Positions 1-10,800 of a DNA stretch of 64,000 nucleotides are shown one piece after another. Under the pieces are notes generated by a model that was not told the DNA's origin, searched no databases, and saw nothing but the letters and a program-made list of their open reading frames with translations. The translations under genes and the position numbers were made by a program. The stretch's first letter is position 1, and each line of letters begins with the position of its first letter. Source of the DNA: Gammaproteobacteria bacterium (GTDB taxonomy: Bacteria; Pseudomonadota; Gammaproteobacteria; Eutrophobiales; Eutrophobiaceae); NCBI GenBank assembly GCA_965243205.1, contig CBDEUK010000002.1, positions 1,235,689 through 1,299,688 of the forward strand, written 5' to 3'.

Positions 1-410
1 ATCCTGACGTACGTTACACACAAGATGGCCGTGCTATTGCCAATGTCAGCATAGCAACATCTGAATCATGGAAAGACAAAAATACAGGTGAAACCGTTGA
101 TAGAACTGAATGGCATCGCGTGGTCTTTTTTAATCGTCTTGGTGAAATCGTTGCGGAATACTTAAAGAAAGGCTCACAAATTTACGTAGAAGGCCGTTTA
201 CAAACTCGTAAATGGCAAGATAAAGAAGGTAATGATCGTTACACCACTGAAATCGTGGCAAATGAAATGCAAATGCTAGGCGGTCGCTCTATGGGAGGCG
301 GTTCTGCAGATTCTGCACCTATGAACAATACTCCTGACTCAGACTCTATGAGCGGTCAAAGTGCTCCAGCACCTGCAGATGATAGTTTTGATGATGATAT
401 TCCTTTCTAG
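1..410 (+). CDS. ssb: Single-stranded DNA-binding protein, 5'-truncated at the window edge
   Basis: The frame is open from nt 3 and reads ...[16 protein letters not shown].... It has a Gly/Ser/Pro-rich tail ending in the acidic DDDIPF motif typical of bacterial SSB. Confidence 0.9.
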   Translation, partial: PDVRYTQDGRAIANVSIATSESWKDKNTGETVDRTEWHRVVFFNRLGEIVAEYLKKGSQIYVEGRLQTRKWQDKEGNDRYTTEIVANEMQMLGGRSMGGGSADSAPMNNTPDSDSMSGQSAPAPADDSFDDDIPF

Positions 411-439
411 GAATATCATCTTTCAAACATTAGAAAAAA

Positions 440-3400
440 TTACTCCAAAATTTTTGGCTCTGAAATACAATAGCCTTGCCCGTAATCAATACCAATTTCG
501 TGTAACTTTTGTTTAATCTCTTGAGTTTCCACAAACTCAGCGATGGTCTTCATTCCCATCACACCAGCAACATCTTTAATTGAACGAACCATTTCATAAT
601 CCACTTGATCATCTGCAATATCTCTTACAAATGACCCATCGATTTTAAGATAATCAACTGGCAACTGTTTTAAGTAAGCAAACGAAGAAACACCACTGCC
701 AAAATCATCTAGGGCAAACATGCAACCTACACTTTTAATGGTTTGCATTAAACTTAAAGCCGTAGAAATATTTGAGATTGCTGCAGTCTCTGTGATTTCG
801 AAACAAATTTTATCTGGCGGAACATTCGTCTCATAAAGTTTCTGTAACACAGAATCAAGATATTGAATGTTATTCATTGAGTGTCCAGAAATATTTATAG
901 AACACATTTTAATATCATCCAATCGATGAGTATTGGACGTCATCCATTCTAATACTTGATTAAACACCCAAGTATCAATTTTAACGGCGAGGTTATAACG
1001 TTCAGCAGATGGCATAAAAGAAGATGGTGTAATTAATTTATTATCTTCATCCAACATTCTTAGAAGAACTTCAAATCGTTCGCCTTTTGAATCTTTATTA
1101 AATGGTGAGATGCTTTCGATAGCTTGGTGATACAATACAAATCGTTCTTCATCCAAAGCCTGATTAATAATAGCTGCCCATTGTACTTGTCCATGTTTGC
1201 CGGAAATTTCTGGATCGTCTGGTGTATAGATATGAACACGATTACGCCCAGCATCTTTGGCCGCATAACAAGCCACATCAGCTTCACGTAGAATAGAATT
1301 AAGGGATTTACTTTCACCTGGAGAAATTGGCACCAAGCCAATACTAACACCTAAAATAAAGCGTTTGCCTTCCCAAATATAACGAAACTCTTCGATATAC
1401 TTTCTCATTTCATTGGCAACACGTTGTGCTTGTTCCAAAGTGCAGTGTTCCATTAAGATGCCGAACTCATCACCGCCCAGCCTTGCTAAAGTATCACGCT
1501 TACGAACCGCATTACTTAAGATGCCACTGATCTGTCTTAGTAATTCGTCACCTGCTAAATGACCACAAGTATCATTAACGATTTTAAATTGATCGAGGTC
1601 TAAATAACATAATGCATGATGAGCAGTATTTTTATCATTAGAACTCAAGACACGTTCAAGTCTTCTTTCAAATTCAGCACGATTAACTAAACCTGTTAAA
1701 GAGTCATGACTCGCTTGATAACTCAATTGCTCTGATAAACGTTTGTTTTCTGAAATATCTTCGCAAACAATTAAAATTCTTAACTCATCATTAACGTTAT
1801 CTTTAATTGAGCGAATGGTGTATCTGACCCAGATATTACCACCACTTTTAACTTTCTTCTCAAACTCGGCATTTTGGATTGAACCAATATCTGTCAATGA
1901 ATCATTAATACGGGCTCTAACGTCATCAATGTAAACTTTATCAATGATTGAAAAAATCGTCTCGCCTAGGATATCAACTTCTGAATATCCTAGTTGACTG
2001 GTCACATGGTTATTTAACGATAAGATAATGCCATCTTTATCTAGGCTAAAAAGCATTAATGGATTATCTTGGTATAATGCTCTAAACCTTTCTTCACTCG
2101 TTTTTAAAGCTTTTTCAACTTTCTTCTTATCAGTAATATCGGTCATCGACCCCATAACGCGTATAGGTTTTTTGTAATCGTCATACATTATATAAGCACG
2201 ATCATTGACTGTTATATAACGTCCATCAATTTGTTTTAAGCGATACTCTCTATTCCAATAATTTTCTTTATTATTAACTGCATCCCTAAAACTCTCATAA
2301 GTGGAATCTCGATCTTTAGGGTGGATAACCGTTAACCAATCCGCTAATTCTGAAGAAGAATATAGATTTGCAAAATCCTTATCATTACGCCAAACTTTTT
2401 TAGTTAATAAATTCCAATCGTATAATGAGTCACTGGTCGCCATAGCAATCAAACGAAATCGCTCTTCGTTTTGAGCCAGAATATTTTTAAGGTTTTCTGA
2501 GGCAGAAACATCACGAATTGATAAGACAATTCCATTGATACTATTGTCAGATGAACGGCTTGGTGAATATAAAATACTAATATCACTTTCACCTTTAGGA
2601 AGCGTAACTCTTAATTTATCTTGCTTTATCTGTCCTTCAAGTGTTTTTTCCAAATACGGTTTAATTTTTGAATTAAATAAATCCGTACTCCATAACTCAT
2701 CCATTTTTTTATTCTCAATAAAATTCTTGGAACACTGGAACATTTCCAAATAAATTTTATTGGCGTATAAAATTTTAAAATCTTTATCCAGAAATAGTAT
2801 TGATTCTTCTACAACAGAAAGCGCGTCATCAACACGTTTCAGACTGGTTTCTGTTTCTTTTTGTTTGGTAACATCTTTAACTAGGAAAATTAATTCTTTA
2901 ACTGAATTAATCTCTGAATATTGAATATTAATATCCGCAGAGTAAAAACTACCATCTTGACGATTGATAATTGTATTAATGCTAATAAGCTCGGATTCAT
3001 TGTTTTGTAATTCTTTTATTACGGCTTCAATTTTTTCATCAGAAAATTCTGGAAGTATATTTAAATAATGTTGATTTTTTAGCTCATTTAAATCATAAGC
3101 AATATTTTCCCTGGCCCCAGAATTAGCATAAGTAAATTGACGTTTATCGATATCAAATACAAAAAACTCACTTAAAGACTGCTCTAAAATTTTACCTAGC
3201 CTATCTTCGGTATATTGGCTCATGCGTTTTTGAGTAATATTATTACTCACAACATAAATTTCGAGCAGCTCATTATTAGATCCCATTTTCGGGATCATGG
3301 TCACTTCATAAAACTTATCTTTTAAAGAACCTTGTCCTGCATATTCAAACTGAACATGTTCACCTTTTTTAACTATTGCTAAAAAATCATGCAGTTTTTC

Positions 3401-4819
3401 AAATTCTACAGAGCCAACAATTTCTTCTAATGATTTTCCAATAGTTAAATGGTTTGAAGAATTAAACTCTTTACTATAAGCATCATTATAAAATTTCAAT
3501 TTTAAATTAGCGTCATAACAAGAAATACTAATAGACAAAATGTCACATAATTTTTGTATATCTTCTATGTCGACGTTTCCGATCGGCACATCATTAACTA
3601 AATTTGGATATTGCTCAGTTGTTACAATCGAAAATATATATGGTACTTTTTCATCAACGACCATGATTGATGAAATAGTCATAGAATCTTTTTGATCGAG
3701 TTTATTTCTATATTCGATCGATTTATCTTGAATGCGGCCTTCAGATTTTAATTTTTCACTGAACTCACGGAATGTTGAATCAGAAAAAATATTAACATCT
3801 AAAATATTACGACCAAGTATGTCTTCTTTTTGAAATCCTGTTAAGTTAGTAAAAGCAGGATTAATTTTTGTCACTATTCCATCGTTTAATTGAATAGCAA
3901 AAACGGGGCTTGGAATAGAATCAAAAATTTTGAAAATACGTTTGCGACTATTATTGGCAACTTGCTCCTCTACCTTATTAGTAGATACATCAACACTCAC
4001 ACCACGTAATCGATATACATTCTGATTTTCATCTTTAATAACGGTAATATTTTCATGTATCCATACATACTGATTATGTTTATTTTTAATTCTGTAACTA
4101 ATTTCAAAATCTTTGCCCTGCTTAATCGAAGCAAGACAAATATCCAATATTCCTTGTAAATCTTCAGGGTGAATAAAATCAGAATTAAATTTAATTGACC
4201 CCAACCATTCATCTGCTGAATATCCAAGCACATGACTTAATGAATCACCAATAAAATTGTATTTAAAATCTGGGTAACTACATTCCCAAAAAACAGCGTT
4301 TAGACCATCTATCAATGATTGATATTGAGCATGTTCCTTAAGGATCGTGCTTGGAACGTATGATTGACTTAATTCAGTTTTTTGTAGTGATTGAATACTT
4401 GCTTCTTGTGATAACTCGGAAGGGTTAACCAAATCAACGATGCAATAGCAAAAATAAAGTGAGTCATTTTTCTGTAATCCTTTCATTAAAACAACTTTAA
4501 GAAAGAATTCATCGCCTGATTTAGTATTGGCTTTGAATACACCTTCACTGCGACCAGTTGCCTTCATCTCAACAAAAAGGTCGATGGATTTACTGCAATC
4601 TTCCGTAATACATAACTCAGACAGTGACATGCCGATCATTTCGGACGATAAATAACCAAATAATTCGGCAAATTGTTTATTGACGCTCAGAAACTGAGCA
4701 TTGCTATCCAAACGGGCAACACGCTCTAACGCATCTTGAAATAAATCTTGATACGTACCTTGAGTTGCCGGTTCTGCCTGCGTCGTTTTTGAAGGTGATT
4801 CTGAACCTTCATCAGCCAT
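440..4819 (-). CDS. Multi-PAS/PAC sensor protein with GGDEF and EAL domains (c-di-GMP turnover), 1459 aa
   Basis: Repeated PAS/PAC-like segments precede a GGDEF motif (RLGGDEFGIL) and a C-terminal EAL domain (ERFEVLLRM ... DDFGSG ... YGQGY). Confidence 0.9.
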   Translation of the reverse strand: MADEGSESPSKTTQAEPATQGTYQDLFQDALERVARLDSNAQFLSVNKQFAELFGYLSSEMIGMSLSELCITEDCSKSIDLFVEMKATGRSEGVFKANTKSGDEFFLKVVLMKGLQKNDSLYFCYCIVDLVNPSELSQEASIQSLQKTELSQSYVPSTILKEHAQYQSLIDGLNAVFWECSYPDFKYNFIGDSLSHVLGYSADEWLGSIKFNSDFIHPEDLQGILDICLASIKQGKDFEISYRIKNKHNQYVWIHENITVIKDENQNVYRLRGVSVDVSTNKVEEQVANNSRKRIFKIFDSIPSPVFAIQLNDGIVTKINPAFTNLTGFQKEDILGRNILDVNIFSDSTFREFSEKLKSEGRIQDKSIEYRNKLDQKDSMTISSIMVVDEKVPYIFSIVTTEQYPNLVNDVPIGNVDIEDIQKLCDILSISISCYDANLKLKFYNDAYSKEFNSSNHLTIGKSLEEIVGSVEFEKLHDFLAIVKKGEHVQFEYAGQGSLKDKFYEVTMIPKMGSNNELLEIYVVSNNITQKRMSQYTEDRLGKILEQSLSEFFVFDIDKRQFTYANSGARENIAYDLNELKNQHYLNILPEFSDEKIEAVIKELQNNESELISINTIINRQDGSFYSADINIQYSEINSVKELIFLVKDVTKQKETETSLKRVDDALSVVEESILFLDKDFKILYANKIYLEMFQCSKNFIENKKMDELWSTDLFNSKIKPYLEKTLEGQIKQDKLRVTLPKGESDISILYSPSRSSDNSINGIVLSIRDVSASENLKNILAQNEERFRLIAMATSDSLYDWNLLTKKVWRNDKDFANLYSSSELADWLTVIHPKDRDSTYESFRDAVNNKENYWNREYRLKQIDGRYITVNDRAYIMYDDYKKPIRVMGSMTDITDKKKVEKALKTSEERFRALYQDNPLMLFSLDKDGIILSLNNHVTSQLGYSEVDILGETIFSIIDKVYIDDVRARINDSLTDIGSIQNAEFEKKVKSGGNIWVRYTIRSIKDNVNDELRILIVCEDISENKRLSEQLSYQASHDSLTGLVNRAEFERRLERVLSSNDKNTAHHALCYLDLDQFKIVNDTCGHLAGDELLRQISGILSNAVRKRDTLARLGGDEFGILMEHCTLEQAQRVANEMRKYIEEFRYIWEGKRFILGVSIGLVPISPGESKSLNSILREADVACYAAKDAGRNRVHIYTPDDPEISGKHGQVQWAAIINQALDEERFVLYHQAIESISPFNKDSKGERFEVLLRMLDEDNKLITPSSFMPSAERYNLAVKIDTWVFNQVLEWMTSNTHRLDDIKMCSINISGHSMNNIQYLDSVLQKLYETNVPPDKICFEITETAAISNISTALSLMQTIKSVGCMFALDDFGSGVSSFAYLKQLPVDYLKIDGSFVRDIADDQVDYEMVRSIKDVAGVMGMKTIAEFVETQEIKQKLHEIGIDYGQGYCISEPKILE

Positions 4820-4936
4820 TGGAAAATTCCATACAGTACTAAATTAATTATTTTTTTGTATTTTGGGACTAGTTATTCAGTTGGGAAAATATCATAAACC
4901 CTTAAATCTTCGAGAAATATTTTCCTAATTTAAAGA

Positions 4937-4967
4937 TATAGCACATAGGAAATATAGCAATAGGAAA
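4937..4967. promoter_or_regulatory. Tandem direct repeat in the promoter region of the GGDEF-EAL gene
   Basis: TATAGCACATAGGAAA immediately followed by TATAGCA-ATAGGAAA, about 120-150 nt upstream of the start codon at 4819 (minus strand). Confidence 0.4.
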
Positions 4968-5041
4968 TTTTATGGAATCAGGTTAACAGTTTCTACTTCT
5001 GATCATCAAAAATTAAGCAGAACTGTTAGAGTATGACTGGC

Positions 5042-5524
5042 TTATCGCACCCTATATATAGGCGGAGCGCCATCTGCTGCGGTCTGATAAGTCACTGAAA
5101 ACTCATCAAAAGCTGCCATAGCCGATGAAAAATCTTTGTCTTCGCGTAAGGCAAATGCATCGATTCCACAACGGAGCATATAAAATAACTGATCATGCAG
5201 CACGTCACCCAAAGCCCTTAACTCACCTTTGTAGTCATAGCGATCGCGTAATAAGCGAGCATGGCTATAGCAACGGCCATCGGCAAAAGCTGGGAATTGC
5301 AGGCCAATCAGCTCAAATTTTTCAATATGTTCTACAACATCTTCAATGTCATCCGCCCCATTCAAAACAATCGTAACTTTCCCTGTATGTTTTTCTAGCT
5401 CAGCCTGATTCTCTTTCCAATACGAGAATGGCAGCATGATATCGCCACTAGGCAATGAGCCTTCAACTTCTGCAATAAACTGCCAACTATCTTCTAAAAT
5501 TTGCTTATTTTTTATTATCTTCAT
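5042..5524 (-). CDS. DUF934-family protein, the usual partner of ferredoxin-type sulfite reductase
   Basis: The six-frame ORF is 5042..5614 but overlaps cysI. An internal ATG at 5522-5524 (MKIIKNKQ...) lies 10 nt downstream of the cysI stop. Conserved DUF934 region: ...FPAFADGRCYSHARLLRDRY.... Confidence 0.6.
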   Translation of the reverse strand: MKIIKNKQILEDSWQFIAEVEGSLPSGDIMLPFSYWKENQAELEKHTGKVTIVLNGADDIEDVVEHIEKFELIGLQFPAFADGRCYSHARLLRDRYDYKGELRALGDVLHDQLFYMLRCGIDAFALREDKDFSSAMAAFDEFSVTYQTAADGAPPIYRVR

Positions 5525-5534
5525 ATCAACTCTT

Positions 5535-7187
5535 CTATTGAGGATAGACTCGCTCTTTAAATGGCTCGATACCAATACGGCGATAAGTCTCCAGAAAAAT
5601 TTCCTCACCTTCACGCTGCTCTAAATAGACGTCTAAAATATCTCCAATAACATCTGCGACTCGTTCTTTATCCACTGCAGGACCTAAACGATCACCAAGT
5701 ACTGCATCATTTTCTGCTGATCCGCCCAACGTTAACTGATAAAACTCAATACCTTTCTTATCCACACCCAAAATGCCAATATGCCCTACATGATGGTGGC
5801 CACAAGCGTTCATACAACCCGACATTTTGACTTTGATATCGCCAATATCATGTAAGAAATCCATATCATCAAATTTCTTGTTTATCTGTTCAGCAATACC
5901 AATAGAACTAGCATTAGCAAGTGCACAAAAATCTAACCCAGGGCAACAAATCATATCCGTTAATAATCCGATATTTGGAGTCGCAAGGTCATTGGCGTCT
6001 AGCTTTTGCCACAATGCATATAAATCAGCTTGTTTGATATGTGGTAGAACCAGATTTTGATCGTGAGTAACAACGATTTCGCCATAACTGAATTCATCTG
6101 CCAAATCTGCAATGATATCCATTTGCTCATCAGTTGCATCGCCAGGCGCTATATCAGGCGATTTCAATGAAATGATAGCGATTTTATAACCAGCCGCTTT
6201 ATGATCACGTAAGTTACGCCCCGCCCATGCAGCAAATGCAGAATCTTTTGCCAAATTCTCAGTATAAGTACTATCAAGTGCTGCTTTAGGATCAAAATTT
6301 GGTAATGTGAAAAAGCCTTGCATACGCTTGATTTCTTTTTCACCTAACTTAAGCACGTCTTCTTTTATCTGTTGCCACTCAGCTTCCACCATTTCGGTAA
6401 ATTTTTCTTTTCCAGTTTCATTCACCAAAATTTTGATACGTGCTTTATACTTGTTATCACGTCGTCCATATTGATTATAAACACGCAATATAGCCTCTAG
6501 ATAAGACAATAAATATTCTTTCTCTAAAAATTCACGGATAACTTTGCCAATTACAGGTGTTCTACCTAAACCACCGCCGACTAATACTTTAAAACCTACC
6601 TCGCCTTGATCATTTTTGACTAGATATAAACCTATATCATGCACTTGAACTGCAGCTCGATCGTTTTCTGCACCAGACACAGCAATTTTGAATTTACGTG
6701 GAAGATAAGCAAACTCAGGATGAAAGGTTGACCATTGGCGAATCATTTCACAATACGGACGTGGATCTTCTAATTCATCAGGGGCAATACCTGCAAACTG
6801 ATCTGAGGTGGTATTACGTATACAGTTACCACTGGTTTGAATGGCATGCATTTGTACAGTGGCTAAATCAGCCAAGATATCTGGAACTGTTTCTAATTTC
6901 GGCCAGTTATATTGAATATTTTGACGCGTACTGAAATGACCGTAGCCTTTATCGTATTTTCGAGCAATGTGAGCAAGCATGCGTAGCTGCTTTGAAGATA
7001 GCAAACCATAAGGAATAGCTACTCGTAACATTGGAGCATGCGTTTGCACGTACAAACCATTCATAAGACGTAATGGCCTATACTCGTCTTCCGCTAATTC
7101 GCCTGCTAAATATCGTCTCGTTTGATCTCGAAATTGCGCAACTCGTTCATCAACAATCGTTTGATCGTAATTATCGTATTGATACAT
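5535..7187 (-). CDS. cysI: Assimilatory sulfite reductase hemoprotein (ferredoxin-dependent NirA/CysI type)
   Basis: Siroheme/4Fe-4S cysteine clusters (CPGLDFCALA, SGCMNACGHHHVGHIGILG) and nitrite/sulfite reductase repeats; 550 aa. Confidence 0.85.
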   Translation of the reverse strand: MYQYDNYDQTIVDERVAQFRDQTRRYLAGELAEDEYRPLRLMNGLYVQTHAPMLRVAIPYGLLSSKQLRMLAHIARKYDKGYGHFSTRQNIQYNWPKLETVPDILADLATVQMHAIQTSGNCIRNTTSDQFAGIAPDELEDPRPYCEMIRQWSTFHPEFAYLPRKFKIAVSGAENDRAAVQVHDIGLYLVKNDQGEVGFKVLVGGGLGRTPVIGKVIREFLEKEYLLSYLEAILRVYNQYGRRDNKYKARIKILVNETGKEKFTEMVEAEWQQIKEDVLKLGEKEIKRMQGFFTLPNFDPKAALDSTYTENLAKDSAFAAWAGRNLRDHKAAGYKIAIISLKSPDIAPGDATDEQMDIIADLADEFSYGEIVVTHDQNLVLPHIKQADLYALWQKLDANDLATPNIGLLTDMICCPGLDFCALANASSIGIAEQINKKFDDMDFLHDIGDIKVKMSGCMNACGHHHVGHIGILGVDKKGIEFYQLTLGGSAENDAVLGDRLGPAVDKERVADVIGDILDVYLEQREGEEIFLETYRRIGIEPFKERVYPQ

Positions 7188-7314
7188 ATATTCTTGTCTA
7201 ACCCATCAATTTTCAAGGGCAGAGAAGATAGCAAGCTGCGCTTATAAAGAAAAGAATAAAATTTATCTATCGATAGAAGGATTTGTAATTAAAAGACAGG
7301 TAAAAACAGAGTAA

Positions 7315-7533
7315 TTAATGGTGAAAACGATACTGTGTGATCAAGGAACGACCTTTTCGCGTTAAATAGCCTTCATCATCGAGATAGCCCATATCAATCG
7401 CTTTTAAATACACTTGTCTGGAATTATTAATGCGAGATGGATACATCAAGCCCTCGCCGTATTGCGATTCTAGTAAAGCAGCGATTTGTGTTTCAATTGA
7501 TTCCTTGGCGGCATCATTACGAACTTCGGACAT
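7315..7533 (-). CDS. Small hypothetical protein, 72 aa
   Basis: Isolated ORF in an AT-rich intergenic stretch. I do not recognise a family. Confidence 0.3.
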   Translation of the reverse strand: MSEVRNDAAKESIETQIAALLESQYGEGLMYPSRINNSRQVYLKAIDMGYLDDEGYLTRKGRSLITQYRFHH

Positions 7534-7813
7534 CTTAAATTCAACCTCTAAATTAATGAGTTCGTTATGGATAATTATGGTGTGAAAAATCCATTACAAA
7601 ATTTATTTATATATATTAGATACTTATATAGTTAAATGAAAGTTATTAGTCAAGTATTGTTTGATGCTATTGTGATCAAGGTACGTTTTAACTTTCATTT
7701 GTATAAAAAAGTTTATCGACCATCATCAGACTATATTTAGAAATAAAAATTCACTACAGACCTTTCTAAGAAAAGGCGTGATGATAAACAAAGTATTAAT
7801 TGGAAATGACGAT

Positions 7814-8926
7814 TTAAGGTAAGTGTTGTTTAGCCAAATAGTCGTGAGAGGACATTTCGTTTAAACGGCTGATAGTACGCTTAAAAGGTTCAGCCAGGCG
7901 TTTACCGGTATAAATTCCTTCTGCTTTCGATTCGGCAGTAATTATAAGTTTGACGTTTCGATCATAAAATTCATCCACCGCCGTCATAAAACGTTTTACT
8001 TGGTCGACCACCAAATCATCCAGGATAGGCAGATTTGCCAGTAACACGGTTTGGAATAAGCGCGCCATTTCGATGTAATCAGCAGCACCTCTAGGTCCAT
8101 CACATAGAGCCTCGAATTCGAACCAGACAACACTATCCGCAATTCGAATAGTCTGAATTGGCCGCCCTTCTATCTCAATGATCTTATTTTGCGTGCCGAC
8201 ATCAGGAGCAATATGCTCAAAATTTGTCTCTAACATCGCATAAGCATTTTCGTCTAAAGGATAGTGATAAATTTCGGCCTTATCTAAAAACTGTAGTCGA
8301 TAGTCTGTACCAGAATCAACATTTACGACTTTGGTAAATTTCTTGAGCAAGTCAATCGCCGGCAAAAACCGTTCGCGTTGTAAACCACCAGAATACAAAT
8401 CATCGGGAATTTGGTTTGACGTCGTAATTAACGTAACACCTCTATCAAACAAGCCCTGCAACAAACCAGCTAATAACATCGCATCTGTAATATCAGCAAC
8501 ATGAAATTCATCAAAACATATAACTTCAGTATCGCGAGCTATTTCTTCGGCAATGATTTCAAGTGGATTCGTAACATCCTTCAAAGATTTAAGTTTGTCA
8601 TGCACCATGTGCATAAAACGATGAAAGTGCATGCGCATTTTTTGTTCGAATGGCAAGCAATCAAAAAACAAATCGACTAAATATGTTTTACCTCGACCAA
8701 CACCACCCCAAAAATACAAACCTCGAACGCTATTAGAAGATTGTTTAGAAAAAATGGTTTTGAATTTCGAAAGCAAATTATCATTTGAACCACGATTCTC
8801 ATTACGCTTTAGCAATTCTTTAAAAACCCGATTCAGTTCCTCGACCGCGATTTTTTGTGCTGCATCCGATTCAATTTCATTGTTATCTAAGGCAGCTTGA
8901 TAAGATTTAAGAGGCGTATTAATCAT
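7814..8926 (-). CDS. zapE: Cell division protein ZapE (AFG1-like ATPase)
   Basis: Walker A GGVGRGKT within the AFG1/ZapE-typical context YFWGGVGRGKTYLVDLFF; 370 aa. Confidence 0.85.
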   Translation of the reverse strand: MINTPLKSYQAALDNNEIESDAAQKIAVEELNRVFKELLKRNENRGSNDNLLSKFKTIFSKQSSNSVRGLYFWGGVGRGKTYLVDLFFDCLPFEQKMRMHFHRFMHMVHDKLKSLKDVTNPLEIIAEEIARDTEVICFDEFHVADITDAMLLAGLLQGLFDRGVTLITTSNQIPDDLYSGGLQRERFLPAIDLLKKFTKVVNVDSGTDYRLQFLDKAEIYHYPLDENAYAMLETNFEHIAPDVGTQNKIIEIEGRPIQTIRIADSVVWFEFEALCDGPRGAADYIEMARLFQTVLLANLPILDDLVVDQVKRFMTAVDEFYDRNVKLIITAESKAEGIYTGKRLAEPFKRTISRLNEMSSHDYLAKQHLP

Positions 8927-8959
8927 TACAGACCATTAAAAACTTTGTAAACTGAATTT

Positions 8960-9646
8960 ATGTTTATTATTTTCATCATTGTCCTAGTTTTAATTATTAT
9001 TTTTGGCCCACAACTTTGGGTGAAATACACCCTAAAACGCTACAGTGACCCAATTGCCTCTCTTCCAGGAACTGGAGGCGAATTAGCGAAACACTTATTA
9101 AACCGTTTAGAGATCAATAACGTCAAGGTCGAAGAAGGAAAAACTGACGAGAATCTATACGATTCTCACAATAAAATTGTGAAATTAGCACCCGACGTTC
9201 ATAACGAAAAGTCACTCACCGCGGTCACTATCGCAGCACATGAAGTCGGTCATGCTATTCAAGACCATGTTAATTATGCACCAATGAGAGTTCGCGAAAA
9301 GCTAGCTAGAGTAACTTTTATCCTTGAAAAAATTGCAGCTGTTCTATTAATTAGTGTGCCGTTTATTTCTTTATTAACCCGAATACCTCAATTAGGTATT
9401 GTGACGTTTCTTTGTGGGATTTGTATTTTGGGTTTACCCATCTTATTACACTTAATCACTCTACCTGTTGAATTTGATGCTAGTTTCAATCGTGCGTTAC
9501 CCGTCTTAGAACAAGGAAATTACTTGCCTGACAAAGCAATGCCGATTGCCAATAAAATCTTAACAGCAGCAGCGTTAACTTATGTTTCAGCTTCACTGAT
9601 GAGTTTATTGAATTTTTATCGATGGATTGCAATCTTACGCAGATAA
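8960..9646 (+). CDS. Membrane zinc metallopeptidase, YugP/Zn_peptidase_2 family
   Basis: HEVGHAIQ zinc-binding motif, N-terminal and C-terminal TM segments, about 228 aa, as is typical of the YugP family. Confidence 0.7.
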   Translation: MFIIFIIVLVLIIIFGPQLWVKYTLKRYSDPIASLPGTGGELAKHLLNRLEINNVKVEEGKTDENLYDSHNKIVKLAPDVHNEKSLTAVTIAAHEVGHAIQDHVNYAPMRVREKLARVTFILEKIAAVLLISVPFISLLTRIPQLGIVTFLCGICILGLPILLHLITLPVEFDASFNRALPVLEQGNYLPDKAMPIANKILTAAALTYVSASLMSLLNFYRWIAILRR

Positions 9647-9649
9647 TAT

Positions 9650-10720
9650 TTAAAACAAACTCATCTGAGATTTGAAACAGTCTGGATTGAATAGAACCGT
9701 ATCTAACTTTATGCGCTGTTTATTTAAATTAAGTTTATTGCAAATTAACTTAAAACGTTGAGAAATGATCTCAGCATAATTGCCTTGACCTGATTGTCTG
9801 CGTCCAAATTCACTATCATTCTCTTTGCCGCCTCTTATATCTTTTACCATATTCATAACATGTTGCGCTTTAAGCGGTTCATGTAAGTCTAGCCATTCTT
9901 TAAAAATTGGTTTTACTTCCATTGGCAGTCTTAACATCACATAACCCGCATTATTAACACCACAATCTGCAGCTTTGATTAGAACTTCTTCCATTTCAGT
10001 ATCATTAATCACTGGTATCACTGGGGCAAACATTATACCTGTAGGAATATTATGTTTGTTGAGGTTTTCTAAAGCCTTTAATCGGCTATGTGGCGCAGTT
10101 GCTCGTGGTTCGAGTTTTCTAGCCAGTTCATTTTTTAATGTGGTTATGGAAATAAAAATTTGTACTAATTCTTTTTCTGCCATTTCAGCCAATAGATCAA
10201 TATCTCTTTCGACTAAATTATTTTTAGTGACAATCGTTAACGGATGATCACAAGCATGCAGCACTTCAATGACCTCACGTGTAATTTTATATTCACGTTC
10301 TATGGGTTGATAGGGATCAGTATTAGTTCCTAACGCCATTGGTGAGCATTGATAATTCGTTTTTGTTAATTCTTTTTTCAATAATGTTGCTGCATTCGGT
10401 TTGGCAAACAACTTCGATTCAAAATCTATCCCTGGCGATAGATCCATATAAGCATGTGCTGGGCGTGCATAACAATAAGAACAACCATGTTCACAACCAC
10501 GATACGGATTAATCGATTGGCTAAAAGGAATATCGGGTGATTGATTACGTGTGATAATCGTTTTTGCATTTTCAATCGTGACTTCCGTTTTAATCTTTTG
10601 CTGTTCTTCGTCGACTGTTTCCCAACCATCGTCAATATCCTCATATTCGAAAGATGAATATCGGTTATCAATTAAGGCTGATGTACCACGACCTTTAACT
10701 TTTTTAGCTTTGGATTTCAT
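9650..10720 (-). CDS. Radical SAM protein (PA0069 / SplB-like family)
   Basis: CxxxCxxC radical SAM motif (GCEHGCSYCYARP); about 356 aa. Confidence 0.75.
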   Translation of the reverse strand: MKSKAKKVKGRGTSALIDNRYSSFEYEDIDDGWETVDEEQQKIKTEVTIENAKTIITRNQSPDIPFSQSINPYRGCEHGCSYCYARPAHAYMDLSPGIDFESKLFAKPNAATLLKKELTKTNYQCSPMALGTNTDPYQPIEREYKITREVIEVLHACDHPLTIVTKNNLVERDIDLLAEMAEKELVQIFISITTLKNELARKLEPRATAPHSRLKALENLNKHNIPTGIMFAPVIPVINDTEMEEVLIKAADCGVNNAGYVMLRLPMEVKPIFKEWLDLHEPLKAQHVMNMVKDIRGGKENDSEFGRRQSGQGNYAEIISQRFKLICNKLNLNKQRIKLDTVLFNPDCFKSQMSLF

Positions 10721-10800
10721 CTAATTTTCATTCAAATAGATTAAACTGATGATGGTGTTTCTCTGGCTGTGAAGATGTTATTCACGTAAAATCACGACCC

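Noticed and set aside
1060-1350. 96-aa alternative-frame ORF within the GGDEF-EAL gene, plus similar embedded ORFs (5125-5376, 8631-8900, 54134-54334, 56147-56605)
   Set aside because: All lie within longer, domain-supported CDSs in other frames and have no independent signals.
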